Shown here: positions 24,563 through 35,620 of the stretch, one piece after another
Layout of the letters: each line of letters begins with the position of its first letter
How positions within the stretch are numbered: position 1 is the stretch's first letter
Assembly: GCF_963921235.1 (NCBI RefSeq)
Contig: NC_086097.1
Coordinates: 158,598,001-158,662,000 of the forward strand
DNA: 64,000 nt
DNA from: Mobula hypostoma
Taxonomy: Eukaryota
Direction: 5' to 3'
Program-made: the position numbers and the translations under genes
The notes under the pieces: generated by a model
What the model saw: only the letters and a program-made list of their open reading frames with translations
What the model was told of the DNA's origin: nothing
Databases searched by the model: none

Positions 24563-27500
24563 TTACATTAAATGAAAATATTGAATAAAAGGTCCCCAAA
24601 TCTGTTCAAATTTAAATGAAGAATCATAAAGGTTACTTCTAATTTTCTCCAGATTCAAACATAAAATCGTCTGAGAAAACCAAAAAAAGGTAGTTGGAGC
24701 ATTAAGCTCTTTCCAATGTTGTAAAATACATCTTTTCGCCATCAAAGTAAGAAATGCAATCATTCTACGGGCTGAAGGGGAAAGATTACTAGAAATTTTA
24801 GGTAGTCCAAAGATAGCAGTAATAGGGTGAGGAGAGATATCTATATTTAATACCTTAGAAATAATATTGAAAATATCTCTCCAAAAAGTTTCCAAAGTAG
24901 GGCAAGACCAAAACATATGAGTTAAAGAGGCTATCTGCCCCGAACATCTATCACAGAAAGGATTAATATGCGTGTAAAAACGCGCTAACTTATCTTTGGA
25001 CATATGTGCTCTATGAACCACTTTAAATTGAATTAGGGAATGTTTAGCACAAATAGAGGAAGTATTAACTAATTGTAAAATCTGCCCCCAATCATCCACA
25101 GAGATGGTAAGCCCCAATTCCTGTTCCCAATCTACCCTAATCTTATCAAATGGAGCTTTCCTAAGTTTCATAATAATATTATAAATCATAGCCGATGCAC
25201 CTTTCTGACATGGATTAAGGTTAATTATCGAATCTAAAATATATATAGGAGGAAGCATTGGAAAGGAAGAAAGTATAGTACTTAAGAAATTTCTAACTTG
25301 TAAATATCTAAAAAAATGTATTCTTGATAAGTTATATTTATTAGATAATTGTTCAAAAGACATAAGGGAACCATCTAAAAATAAATCCAAAAACCGTAAA
25401 ATACCCTTAGTCTTCCAAGTTTGAAAAGCGCGATCCGTAAAAGAGGGAGGAAAAAATATGTTACCTAAAATAGGAATTGCTAACCCGAATTGATTAAGAT
25501 CAAAAAATTTTCTGAATTGAAACCAAATACGCAAAGCATATTTAACGATCGGGTTAGAGACCTGCTTAAGGCGTTTCGAATCAAAGGGAAGAGATGAACC
25601 TAAAATAGAACCAAGTGTATAACCCTGAACAGATTGTAATTCCAATGCTACCCATTTAGGAATAGATAGTATGTCCCGGTCAAGTAACCAAAATTTCATA
25701 TGTCGAATATTAATAGCCCAATAATAAAATCTAAAGTTAGGTAATGCTAAACCTCCATCTCTCTTAGCTTTCTGTAAATGTATTTTACCCAGTCTCGGAT
25801 TCTTATTCTGCCAAATAAATGAAGAAATTTTAGAGTCGACTTTATCAAAAAAAGATTTAGGAACGAAAATTGGTAATGCCTGAAACACATATAAAAATTT
25901 TGGCAAAAAAAACATCTTAACTGCATTAATACGACCAATCAAAGTTAAATATAAGGGAAACCATTTAGATGAAAGTTGAGTAATATGGTCTATTAATGGT
26001 AAAAAGTTAGTCTTAAATAAATCTTTATGTTTACAAGTAATTTTAATCCCAAGATATGAAAGGTAATTATTAATCAATTTAAATGGAAATTTATAATATA
26101 AGGGAAGATGTTTATTAATCGGAAAAAGTTCACTCTTACTAAGATTTAATTTATAACCTGAGAAAAGACCAAATTGTGCTAATAACTCTAAAACAGCAGG
26201 AATAGATCTCTCAGGATTAGAAATATATAAAAGTAAATCATCAGCATAGAGTGATAATTTATGGAACTTTAATCCCCGAGTTATCCCAGTAATATTTGAA
26301 GATTCTCGAATAGCAATTGCAAGAGGTTCTAATGCAATATCAAATAATAGGGGACTAAGAGGACAGCCTTGTCGAGTACCACGAAAGAGAGGAAAAAAAG
26401 GTGAGTTTAAAGAGTTAGTACGAACCGAGGCTACAGGGGAGTGATATAACAGTTTAATCCAGGATATAAATTTCAAGCTAAAATTAAACATTTCAAGCAC
26501 CTTAAATAAATAAGGCCATTCTACTCTATCAAAAGCTTTCTCGGCATCTAAAGAAATAACACACTCAGGAACATTTTGTGAGGGAGTATAAACGATATTT
26601 AACAATGTACGAATATTATAAAAAGAGTAACGACCTTTAATAAAACCCGTTTGGTCTTCCGAAATAATAGAAGGAAGTACTTTTTCTAGTCTATTTGCTA
26701 ATAACTTAGAAAAAACTTTAGAATCAACATTTAATAAAGATATTGGTCTATAAGATGCACATTGAGCAGGGTCTTTATCCTTCTTTAGTATTAAAGAAAT
26801 TGATGCTCTATTAAAAGATTCCGGAAGTTTACCAAGTTTCAAAGAAGCCTCAAAAACCTTATAGAGCCAAGGAATCAATAAAGAAGCAAAACATTTATAA
26901 AATTCAACGGTAAACCCATCAGGGCCAGGAGCTTTCCCCAGATTCATAGAAAAAATAACATTCTTAATCTCATCCATTGTAATGGAAGTATCTAATAAAG
27001 AAGACATATCCTGTGAAATCTGAGGGAAGTCTAACTTATCTAAAAAATCATTCGTATATTTAGAATCTCGAGGAGACTCTGATTGATATAAAGAAGAATA
27101 AAAATCACAAAAGGTTTGATTAATCCCCACATGATCCAATATCAATCGATCATTTTGGTTATAAATCTGATTGATTTGAGATTTAACATAATTAGATTTC
27201 AATTGATTAGCCAGCAGCTTGCCAATTTTATCACTATGAACATAAAAATCACTTCTTGTTTTCTTTAATTGGTTTACAATCGAGGACGAGAGTAGTAAAC
27301 TGTGTTCCATTTGAAGTTCAGTTCTTTGTTTGTATAGCTCCTCAGAAGGAGCCATAACATATTTCTTATCAATTTCTTTAATCTTGTCCACAATTGCCAT
27401 CTCCTCCTGCTTCTGTTTCTTCCTCAAAGCAACGGAATACGAAATAATCTGACCCCGAATATAGGCTTTAAAAGTGTCCCAAAGAGTGTTAACCGAAATA

Positions 27501-28339
27501 TCTTCTGTATGGTTAATTGTAAAAAAAAGCTCAATCTGTTCATTCATAAAATTAACAAAGTCCGAGTCCTGAAGCAACAGCGAATTAAAACGCCATTGTC
27601 TATTGTTTGGTATATTGGCCATAATTTTAATAGAAAGCTTAAGTGGAGCATGATCCGAAATGGTTATAGAATCATAATCACATTTAATCACTGAAGGAAT
27701 GAGACGAGAGTCAATAAAAAAATAATCAATTCTTGAATAGGAATGATGAACATGTGAAAAAAAGGAAAAATCTTTTTCCTGAGGATGCAGAAAACGCCAA
27801 ATGTCCGTCGACCCAGAATCAGAAAGAAAAAAATTAATCAAATTTGCAGATTTATTAGGTAAAGTCCGTAAAGGAGCCGAACGGTCCAAAGCTGGAGATA
27901 AACAGGTATTAAGATCTCCGCCCCAAATCAATGAAAACTCGTTCAAATTCGGAAACTGATCAAACAATGATTTATAAAATTCCGGACAATCCATATTAGG
28001 AGCATAAACATTAACCAAAACTACTTTTTTATTAAATAGTAAACCACTAACCAATAAAAATCTACCATTCGGATCAGAGATAATATCCTGTTGTATAAAA
28101 GTAACTGAGGAATCTATAAAAATAGAGACGCCTCGAATCTTAGCATTGGAGTTCGAATGAAATTGTTGTCCCTTCCAGAATTTGAAAAAACGTAGTCTGT
28201 CCCCCCTCCGTACATGGGTCTCTTGTAAAAATAAAATTTGTGCTTTAAGTCTCCGGAACACTTTAAAAACTTTTTTTCTTTTAATAGGATGATTAAGACC
28301 ATTAGTATTCCAGGAGACAAAATTAATAATAGACTCCAT
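24563..28339 (-). CDS. L1 ORF2p (APE endonuclease, reverse transcriptase, C-terminal CCHC), 1258 aa from the first ATG
   Basis: SWNTNGL, FLQETH, GGDLN, SRIDY, SDH; YRPISLLN, DAEKAFDRV, QGCPLSP, YADD; CDRC...HMFWSC. The 28393 start in the ORF track is a TTG; the ATG is at 28339. Confidence 0.95.
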   Translation of the reverse strand: MESIINFVSWNTNGLNHPIKRKKVFKVFRRLKAQILFLQETHVRRGDRLRFFKFWKGQQFHSNSNAKIRGVSIFIDSSVTFIQQDIISDPNGRFLLVSGLLFNKKVVLVNVYAPNMDCPEFYKSLFDQFPNLNEFSLIWGGDLNTCLSPALDRSAPLRTLPNKSANLINFFLSDSGSTDIWRFLHPQEKDFSFFSHVHHSYSRIDYFFIDSRLIPSVIKCDYDSITISDHAPLKLSIKIMANIPNNRQWRFNSLLLQDSDFVNFMNEQIELFFTINHTEDISVNTLWDTFKAYIRGQIISYSVALRKKQKQEEMAIVDKIKEIDKKYVMAPSEELYKQRTELQMEHSLLLSSSIVNQLKKTRSDFYVHSDKIGKLLANQLKSNYVKSQINQIYNQNDRLILDHVGINQTFCDFYSSLYQSESPRDSKYTNDFLDKLDFPQISQDMSSLLDTSITMDEIKNVIFSMNLGKAPGPDGFTVEFYKCFASLLIPWLYKVFEASLKLGKLPESFNRASISLILKKDKDPAQCASYRPISLLNVDSKVFSKLLANRLEKVLPSIISEDQTGFIKGRYSFYNIRTLLNIVYTPSQNVPECVISLDAEKAFDRVEWPYLFKVLEMFNFSLKFISWIKLLYHSPVASVRTNSLNSPFFPLFRGTRQGCPLSPLLFDIALEPLAIAIRESSNITGITRGLKFHKLSLYADDLLLYISNPERSIPAVLELLAQFGLFSGYKLNLSKSELFPINKHLPLYYKFPFKLINNYLSYLGIKITCKHKDLFKTNFLPLIDHITQLSSKWFPLYLTLIGRINAVKMFFLPKFLYVFQALPIFVPKSFFDKVDSKISSFIWQNKNPRLGKIHLQKAKRDGGLALPNFRFYYWAINIRHMKFWLLDRDILSIPKWVALELQSVQGYTLGSILGSSLPFDSKRLKQVSNPIVKYALRIWFQFRKFFDLNQFGLAIPILGNIFFPPSFTDRAFQTWKTKGILRFLDLFLDGSLMSFEQLSNKYNLSRIHFFRYLQVRNFLSTILSSFPMLPPIYILDSIINLNPCQKGASAMIYNIIMKLRKAPFDKIRVDWEQELGLTISVDDWGQILQLVNTSSICAKHSLIQFKVVHRAHMSKDKLARFYTHINPFCDRCSGQIASLTHMFWSCPTLETFWRDIFNIISKVLNIDISPHPITAIFGLPKISSNLSPSARRMIAFLTLMAKRCILQHWKELNAPTTFFWFSQTILCLNLEKIRSNLYDSSFKFEQIWGPFIQYFHLM

Positions 28340-29063
28340 AAATCCTAAAGTCAACCCACAACAAGGAGGATTGACAATAGGCGTGACCCACAAACCCGGA
28401 GAGGAAACAGAACATACAAAAGATACCGGGGAAAAGGACGCAACCAGTACTTCAATAATGTATATAACCCAAAGAAAAACAAACTAAAACGTGAAGCCCC
28501 TCCCACCACCCCCCACCCCAAGACCCCAAGGCAAAATCTAAAGCAGACCCGCCAGAAAGAAGCAAGCGCTAAAACTACCCCCATGACTTCCGGTATACGC
28601 TCCCTAAAAAAAAGGTATAAATATGAAAAGGATCAGCTGATTGTAAAACAGTAAAAAAATAAGTAAAAAAAAAGTTAGCTCAATTAGAATACACACAGAA
28701 CAGAACAAAAGCCGGAAAATATATATTAAAAAAAACCACAATAAACCTCAAACTCATGAATAGACACAGCAACAAAAAAAAATAGGATTATTAACATAAA
28801 GTGATTATAAAAAGCAAAACAGAATAAAATTTTTAAAAAAACTACAAAATTTAAGGCTGCACAGGAAATACGTAAGATGACAAAAGGGAAGTAACCACCC
28901 AGAATCCCCTGGGAAAAGAAAGAAATGACGCAGTTAAAAAGAAAGTTTAGCAGCCATATTAAGAAATCAAAAGTAAACCTTTCTGCCCAAATAGGGCACA
29001 GAAAAGTTAAAACCAACCAATTCACAGCCTCCGATCAACGGAGAAAATTAAAAAAAAAGGCAA

Positions 29064-29963
29064 TTAAGATGTTGAAGATGAACGTTGATCCAGATAACTC
29101 TGGGCATCCGATGGAGAATCAAAAAAACGAAGGGCTCCATCTAACATGCGAATCCTTAGACGTGCAGGGTACAGCAGCGCTGGTCTTAAATCCATCTTAT
29201 AGAATTCCGACATCACGGATCTGTAACGGACCCGTTGGTCCCAGATTGGTTTACTGAAATCTTCCACGAATCGGAACTTAAGATCCGAAAAATCAATGAA
29301 ACCTTTAGATCGAGCGAATCGAAACAGTCTCTCCTTGTCTTGAAAGTAATGAAAACGTAAAATAACATGCCTAGGTCTATCTGACCTAGACGAGTATGAT
29401 GGGATTCTGTGAACACGATCCAGTAGCGGTGGTTGGTCAGGAAATACAGTAGGGAATGCATCTTTTAAAAGTTGAGAGAAATATTTCATGGGGTTGTTAG
29501 CTTCAACGGCTTCTCTCACGCCGATCATTCTTAAATTCTGCCGTCGCATTCTAGATTCCAAGTCAGAGTTTTTAAAAGTCAAAAAGTCAAGTTTCTTCTT
29601 CATTACATTAATTGTTTCTTCGATTTTCCCCATCTTAAGCTCACTTTGTTGCGCGAATTTTTGAAGATCAGATATAGCCGACTGATGTTCCGCAATACAT
29701 GTTTGCATCTTATCAATTAAATCGGCAATTTTCTGGAAATTAGTTGAGATTTCCGCATGAATCAGATCTTTAACAAAGCCTGCAATTTCCGTACGAATCA
29801 TCTCCCTAACAGAGGTTGAAATTTCCCTCTGAATTAACTCCGATATCGCTTTCAAAGTCACCGGTGATTCAGTCGGAGGGAGATCCGTAGCTTTCGGTTT
29901 AGCCGAAGGTTTACCATCCTTGCCGTTTTTCCCGTTCTTAGACATAGCAGATCTAAGTATCAT
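29064..29963 (-). CDS. L1 ORF1p (coiled coil, RRM, CTD), 299 aa
   Basis: Heptad region followed by RRQNLRMIGVRE, DRVHR, RPRHVILRF, LLYPARLRI motifs of L1 ORF1p. Confidence 0.93.
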   Translation of the reverse strand: MILRSAMSKNGKNGKDGKPSAKPKATDLPPTESPVTLKAISELIQREISTSVREMIRTEIAGFVKDLIHAEISTNFQKIADLIDKMQTCIAEHQSAISDLQKFAQQSELKMGKIEETINVMKKKLDFLTFKNSDLESRMRRQNLRMIGVREAVEANNPMKYFSQLLKDAFPTVFPDQPPLLDRVHRIPSYSSRSDRPRHVILRFHYFQDKERLFRFARSKGFIDFSDLKFRFVEDFSKPIWDQRVRYRSVMSEFYKMDLRPALLYPARLRIRMLDGALRFFDSPSDAQSYLDQRSSSTS

Positions 29964-30177
29964 CCAATTGTCAGAGAATTCAGTTTAATTCAAAGTATTA
30001 TAAAAATTGATGCCTTAATGGTTAATTAAAGTATAGCTGACCATAGAGTAAAAAAACTCAGAGGTAATGGAGCGAGTCAAGAACGCGACTTCACTCCATG
30101 AGCGCTACCGGAAGTCCCCGGTAGATCCAGATTACTGGCACATTTCCCACTCTCTTTAAAGTTTGGATTCACTGAAA

Positions 30178-31085
30178 GGCATGCTTCCAAGCGGGCCATA
30201 CCTTGTTGTATAGTTTGGAGGCTTGTGTGGCTCAGTGACCCAGAGAGCTACATTGGCTGCAGTCAGGGCCTTGTGCTTTTACTCTTAGTAGGGTCACCCA
30301 TGCCAAACAGGTCAAAGGGTAGAGGCCAGACTAATAATGATCCACTGTTCCTCCAGATGCAGGGGTTCAGCTCTGGGGTAATGACCTTGACTGGTCAAAA
30401 ATAAAATTGTTACAGATGCACCGATGAAGAATCCTTTATCTGTGTGTGATATATTTGTACTCCTGAGCCTGCACCCAGGATTTGCGTGACTGGCAGTAGT
30501 AAAAACTGAGAGGAAGTTACTAGCATGATGAAGGAAGCCCTGAACACTGCCAAGATCAAGACCAAAATTGTTTTTTGAAATGTAAGTACCATGTACAACA
30601 TTGGCAAGCTAGCACAAATAACTGCAGAAATGCATCATTACAACCTATGTCTGACCACATTATTGTACTGGTCAGAATGCTGGCGCATGACAGAGAACAA
30701 CCTTGCCAAGTTCTCATCATTCCACACTATGAGCCTCCAGAAGATTCTCCATATTTTCTGGCCAAGAAAGATCTTCGACTACACCCTGCTCCTTCAGTGT
30801 CACCAAGAGGACGTGGCCACAATCATCATGAGGAAAGGTTGGAGATGGATTGGGCACTTGGTGAGAAGAGAGGCCAACTCCATCAGCAAAACGGCACTTC
30901 ATTGGACCCCCGAAGAATGGAGGAAATGCATGAGACCAAAGACAACTTGGCGCCGTATGGTTGAAGCAGAAATGAAGAGACTGAACCACAGATGTCACAT
31001 AATAGAGAAGATGGCCAAGTACAGACAGAGAGGAAGGACCTTAATTGCTGCCCTAAATGCCAAATGCATAACAGGCAGAAACTAG
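30178..31085 (+). mobile_element. Internally deleted RTE-clade LINE (5'UTR and endonuclease start fused to ORF C-terminus)
   Basis: ORF 30591-31085: NVSTMYNIGKLAQITAEMHHYNL joined to TLLYWSECW...KILHIFWP...WRWIGHLVR...RPKTTWRR. Confidence 0.85.
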
Positions 31086-34000
31086 CAATAGCATGTGAAA
31101 ATAATACTGGAAATCACATGTGTTTGGATATTAATGGAAATCAAATTCACTGGTTTAGAAAATCTCCTCGTACTGCACCATCAGTGTATCAACATGCTCG
31201 ATTTTCAGAATTCCACTTTATATGCTGAAATGTTGTCAGTCATCCCGTTGCACCATTACCATCTTTGCCAACAGATTTCACACAGACGGATTGTGTGCGA
31301 AGTGGATGAAGCACATTGAATGGCAGAATATTTCTGTGTTCCTATTTCTTCAGTTCTCCACAACACTTCTGTAATAATGTGTGGGAGAACAGGTGTTCAT
31401 ATGACTTTCAGTTACTGCATAACATTCTGTCTGGCCCTGAAAAATTAACTTTTCAAATGTGGTCTCAAAACCTCACAAAGCTGTTCCACCAATTTCCCAG
31501 AAAGATCTGGGACCACAATATCATCCTATAAAATGGGAGCTGATTTCTGCTAGAAATATTTTGCTCACTTGCCAGAATTTCAGAGGTGGAGCTGAAGAAA
31601 ATCCAGGAAAATGGTGCTTCTTGGAACATCTCTCCTTCCGTTAGGAGAGATGTCTTTTGACTGCATCCAGCCATTTGAAACGACTGGAAAACGTTCATGT
31701 GGTAGGGAGACCAGCATTATTTTGTACATTTTTCAGCAATTGTAAAATTGATGATTACAAAGCATTGTGGTGATGTTTGGGGATGAACAAACATTTGAAT
31801 GATTCTGTGATCAATGGAGAGAAAAAGGCTATGTTACAACAGGATGTGTAAAAAGTAGGGGGAAAATATTGTGATAGATATGCATTGGCACAAACAGATA
31901 TTCAAGCTGCTAACCTGCAAGCAATCTGTTAATGAAAAATATATCCTGGAGGCATTAAAATTGAACTCGGCCACATTGCTACTCAATCTTAACTTTGAGT
32001 TACTAGAAATGCCAGGTGTTCCCTTGCCTCTGTGCTTTATCTGTACAAAGAAGCATTGTCTTTCAGTTAGTCCTGCCTGGAAGTTATTCATCATATCTTT
32101 ATGAAATGTTTGGTAGATGTGATAATAAGCTATATAAATGCAACAGTAAGTCAAGGATGAGAAAAAGCTCATCAAATCTTAATCTGTTAGGACATTATCT
32201 CTCTCAACCTGGCATATAATTGTAATGTCAATTGCCAACTGTTTTCTCTTTTTATTGATAATAACTTGTATTATTCTGCTGCCAGTTGGCTTCTTAGCAT
32301 CACCCATCCTGATGGAGTATTTTATACTTTCCCGCCCATAAGTGTGTGGATCATTGTCTTCAACGCTGAGAAGACATTGTCCATCTACTCAGCTGTATTT
32401 CCCCTAACTCCACCCATGTATCCAAACTACCTTCTCATCATACCTCAGAATCACAAAATGGTTACAGCACAAAAAAACATAAAAATAATCCATGTCAGCT
32501 CTTTTTATGGGCAATCATCTGGTCTTACTCCTCTTTCTTCTCTCCAGTGCCTTGCAAGTTGTTTGCCCAATTCCCTTTTACACAATATATTGTAGCTGCT
32601 TCCACTAGCAGTGAATCTAGACTCTAAACCCTCACTGTCTCAAAAATAACTTTATTCCACATGTCATTCTTGTTTTTCTTCGTCAGCCACATCCATTCTT
32701 TCTCTCTTTCATCCTGAATTCTTCTGTTGCTGAGAATCCATTTTATTTACCTTTCATAATTTTAAATATTGCCATTACAACCTCCTCTGTTCCAAGGAGA
32801 ACAACAGCTTCATAAGTGCATTCACATTACTAAACTTGGTGTGAATCTGATCATTTGGAAAAATGGTAACCACCATTCCCCATTATAACCGATAGAAATA
32901 GCTGGGACTTGGAATGGATTAATTATAAATATTTTAAAGAGATACATCATTATGGAACTTTGTTCTTAAATTTGTTACAGATAACGATTAATTGCACTGT
33001 GTCTTATTTGGAAAATGCAGAGCAAGGTTTCCATCTAAGTTTTGATTTTTGTGCCCTATGTTCTCTCCTTGTGGCCCTTTTCCCCTCAGGAATATTAAAT
33101 TGTGACTTGCTTGATGGTACATTATGTCCACTATTACATCAACCAAGTGACTATTGTTCATGCATGTTTTAGACAGGTACTAGTTTAGGCAATGGAGACA
33201 GACGTATATTCTGCTCTAAGCCAAGTGTGATGCTACCTTCACCAATAACTGACACCATTATTCATGTATACCACACCTTGCAGAGTCACTTTACAAGAAC
33301 ATTATAAAACAAAGCTAGGTTGGCAAAGGTTATGGCAGTGAAAATCAGCATGGATTACTGATATTTCAGATAATTTAGAAAATAATAGAAGCAGAAATTG
33401 GCCATTCAGCCCCTTATAAAACCCTCATCAATTTACTTCAGCGTCATAGTATTCTGGTTTGCATTGCCCATCTTGTTCTGTAAGATTAAGAATGTCTGCT
33501 TAATTCAATTAGTTTGTGACTGATCTCGTACCTCAACGTCATTTCCTTGTCCAAAACCCGTGCACTTTGATTCCCCTTGAGGAGGGATTTGGAAGCCCAT
33601 AGTGATATTTAAAGAGGATTTTAAAGTTGAGATGGGAACTATTAGAGCTCGCTGAGTATAAGCTTAATCAGTGATTAGGGATCTCTGCAAGTCAGAGAGC
33701 AGTTATTTGGATATGCTTAAGCTTTCTGAGCAAGAAGGGCAGGTGGCCAACCATAACTCTGGAATAACTGATGCTGAAGGTCATAGCTGAATTGTTGAGA
33801 AATCCAGCAGTAGATGAGTTGAAACAGCCAAAGACAAGTGATGTTGTAGAAGTAGAATTAGGCAGTCTTGTTAGAGAGAATGTAGAATTGGGCACACTTG
33901 CACGCAGCAACACACATCATGAAGTTGATTGAATAGTGAGCTGTGATGCAAGCTGTGCTTTGTTTCTTATTGTGCATTGACTTTACCTTTTCTGTTTACT

Positions 34001-34639
34001 GTTCTTTCCAGTGTTGCTTTCCAGCCCAGTGAACAGATGGTCAATCTGTCAGTGTTTTGTTGTGTGGAAATAGTTTGATTTAAAATAAAACAAAAGAAAG
34101 CGATTAGCTAATTTGCTGTTCTCATGGCAAAATTGTGAGGACGCAATGGACTTATTTCCTCTTGGCTGCATCAGTTGTCGCTCTAGGCTTTGTAAGGTGG
34201 CAAGCTTTCTTTTGATGCAGTTGCTTTCTGACTCGTCCATGATCTCATCGGTGGATAAGCAACCAACAGACAATGTTTGCAGTGTTGTGAAGATCATGCT
34301 GTTACATTAAACAAAGCTTCACTGGTGCATCATAACACAGCAACACAGTTTAACTGCATTTAGTCACTGCCGTTATCTCATATGCATAATAATAGTTTAA
34401 GTATGTTATTTTTATGTTTATGTAGCAAGTGTTGAATGTGACTGTCTGAGAATTTGAATTTGATAATTGGCTTTAGCAGGATATCTGTCTTTATTATTTT
34501 TCACAAGTAATGAAACTACAATTCAGCAATGACATATATAGTTATTCATAAAAAAGATAGTGATATTAAGTAACTTCAGTCAATGTTTAATTAACAGTTT
34601 AATTGACTGTTGATTCAGGTTACACAGCACTTAACCATA

Positions 34640-35580
34640 GCAGCTTTTTATTTACTTACTCATTTTTTGGGATCTGGGCATCATTGGCAAAACCAGCATT
34701 TGTTGCTTGTCTTACAGAAGATGGAGTTACGTTTGTCTTGATCTTTCAAATGGTGGGTCTACCTCCTTCTCCTTTATGGTAATAGAGTTCATGCATTTGG
34801 GAGGTGCCATCTGAGTAGCCCATGAGTAACTGCAATGCATTTTGTAGCTGGTACACACTGCAGGTCCTAGAGGGAATGATTGATGGAATACCAGTCAGGC
34901 AGGCTGCTTTTTCATAGATTGTATTGAGCTTCATGAGAGTTGTTGGATCTGCACTCATCCAGGCAAGTGGAAAGTATTCTGCTCTGATCCTGACTTGTAG
35001 ATGGTGGAAAATCTTGAGATACTAAGAAGTGAGTCACTTATCACAGGATGCCTGGATACTTAGATACCTAGCCTCTGACTTATACCTGGGGTTATATTCT
35101 CTGTATGACAAGCCAGTTGAGGTAGTTAGATAAATTCTGCCTTGTTGCAGGTGATCAATGCCCAGGACTTTCCTTGCCATTATATCCTTAAATGAGTGTT
35201 ATCTTGGTCCTGCTGCTTGCAAGTATAAACTGGTTTAGTTATTGAGGAATTGTAAATAGAATTGAACATTATACCATCATCAACATAAATTCACTATATG
35301 ATGGAAAGAAGGTCATTCATGAAGCAGAATCCAGATAGTTGGGCCTAGGATTCTACCCCAGGGAAAGCTACCTCGCCAATTTTTATTTCTTGAAAGAACC
35401 CCTTGGATTCTGTTCCTTTTGATACCCATTGACATCAGTTTTACCATGGATACTACTACTACTACGACTACGTCAACTCAGGCCTTCAGTTTTACCATGA
35501 ATACTTGTTGCCATACTTGTTCAAATACTGTATTGATGTGAAGCACACTTTGCTGAGGATCAACACTAAGCTGGATGGCA
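34640..35580 (-). mobile_element. Old LINE (CR1-like) remnant
   Basis: 'ttgggcctaggattctaccccaggga' (reverse PQGxxLGP-like RT motif) and 'gcactcatccaggcaagtgg'. Confidence 0.5.
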
Positions 35581-35620
35581 GTTATTCAGAATAAACTTTT
35601 CTTGTCTTTTGTATACGCTA

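Larger units (their letters stand above)
24210..30119 (-). mobile_element. Full-length L1 (LINE-1 clade) retrotransposon, 5910 bp
   Basis: Perfect 17-bp TSD GGTAGATCCAGATTACT at 24193-24209 and 30120-30136; 5' end GGGGACTTCCGG; two open ORFs; AATAAA followed by short A-rich tail at the 3' end. Confidence 0.97.

Noticed and set aside
28925..29257. Antisense 110-aa ORF in L1 (ORF0-like?)
   Set aside because: Lys-rich because of strand A-bias; no motif or conservation evidence
30178..30400. HDV-like ribozyme in the RTE 5'UTR
   Set aside because: Could not build the nested double pseudoknot by eye
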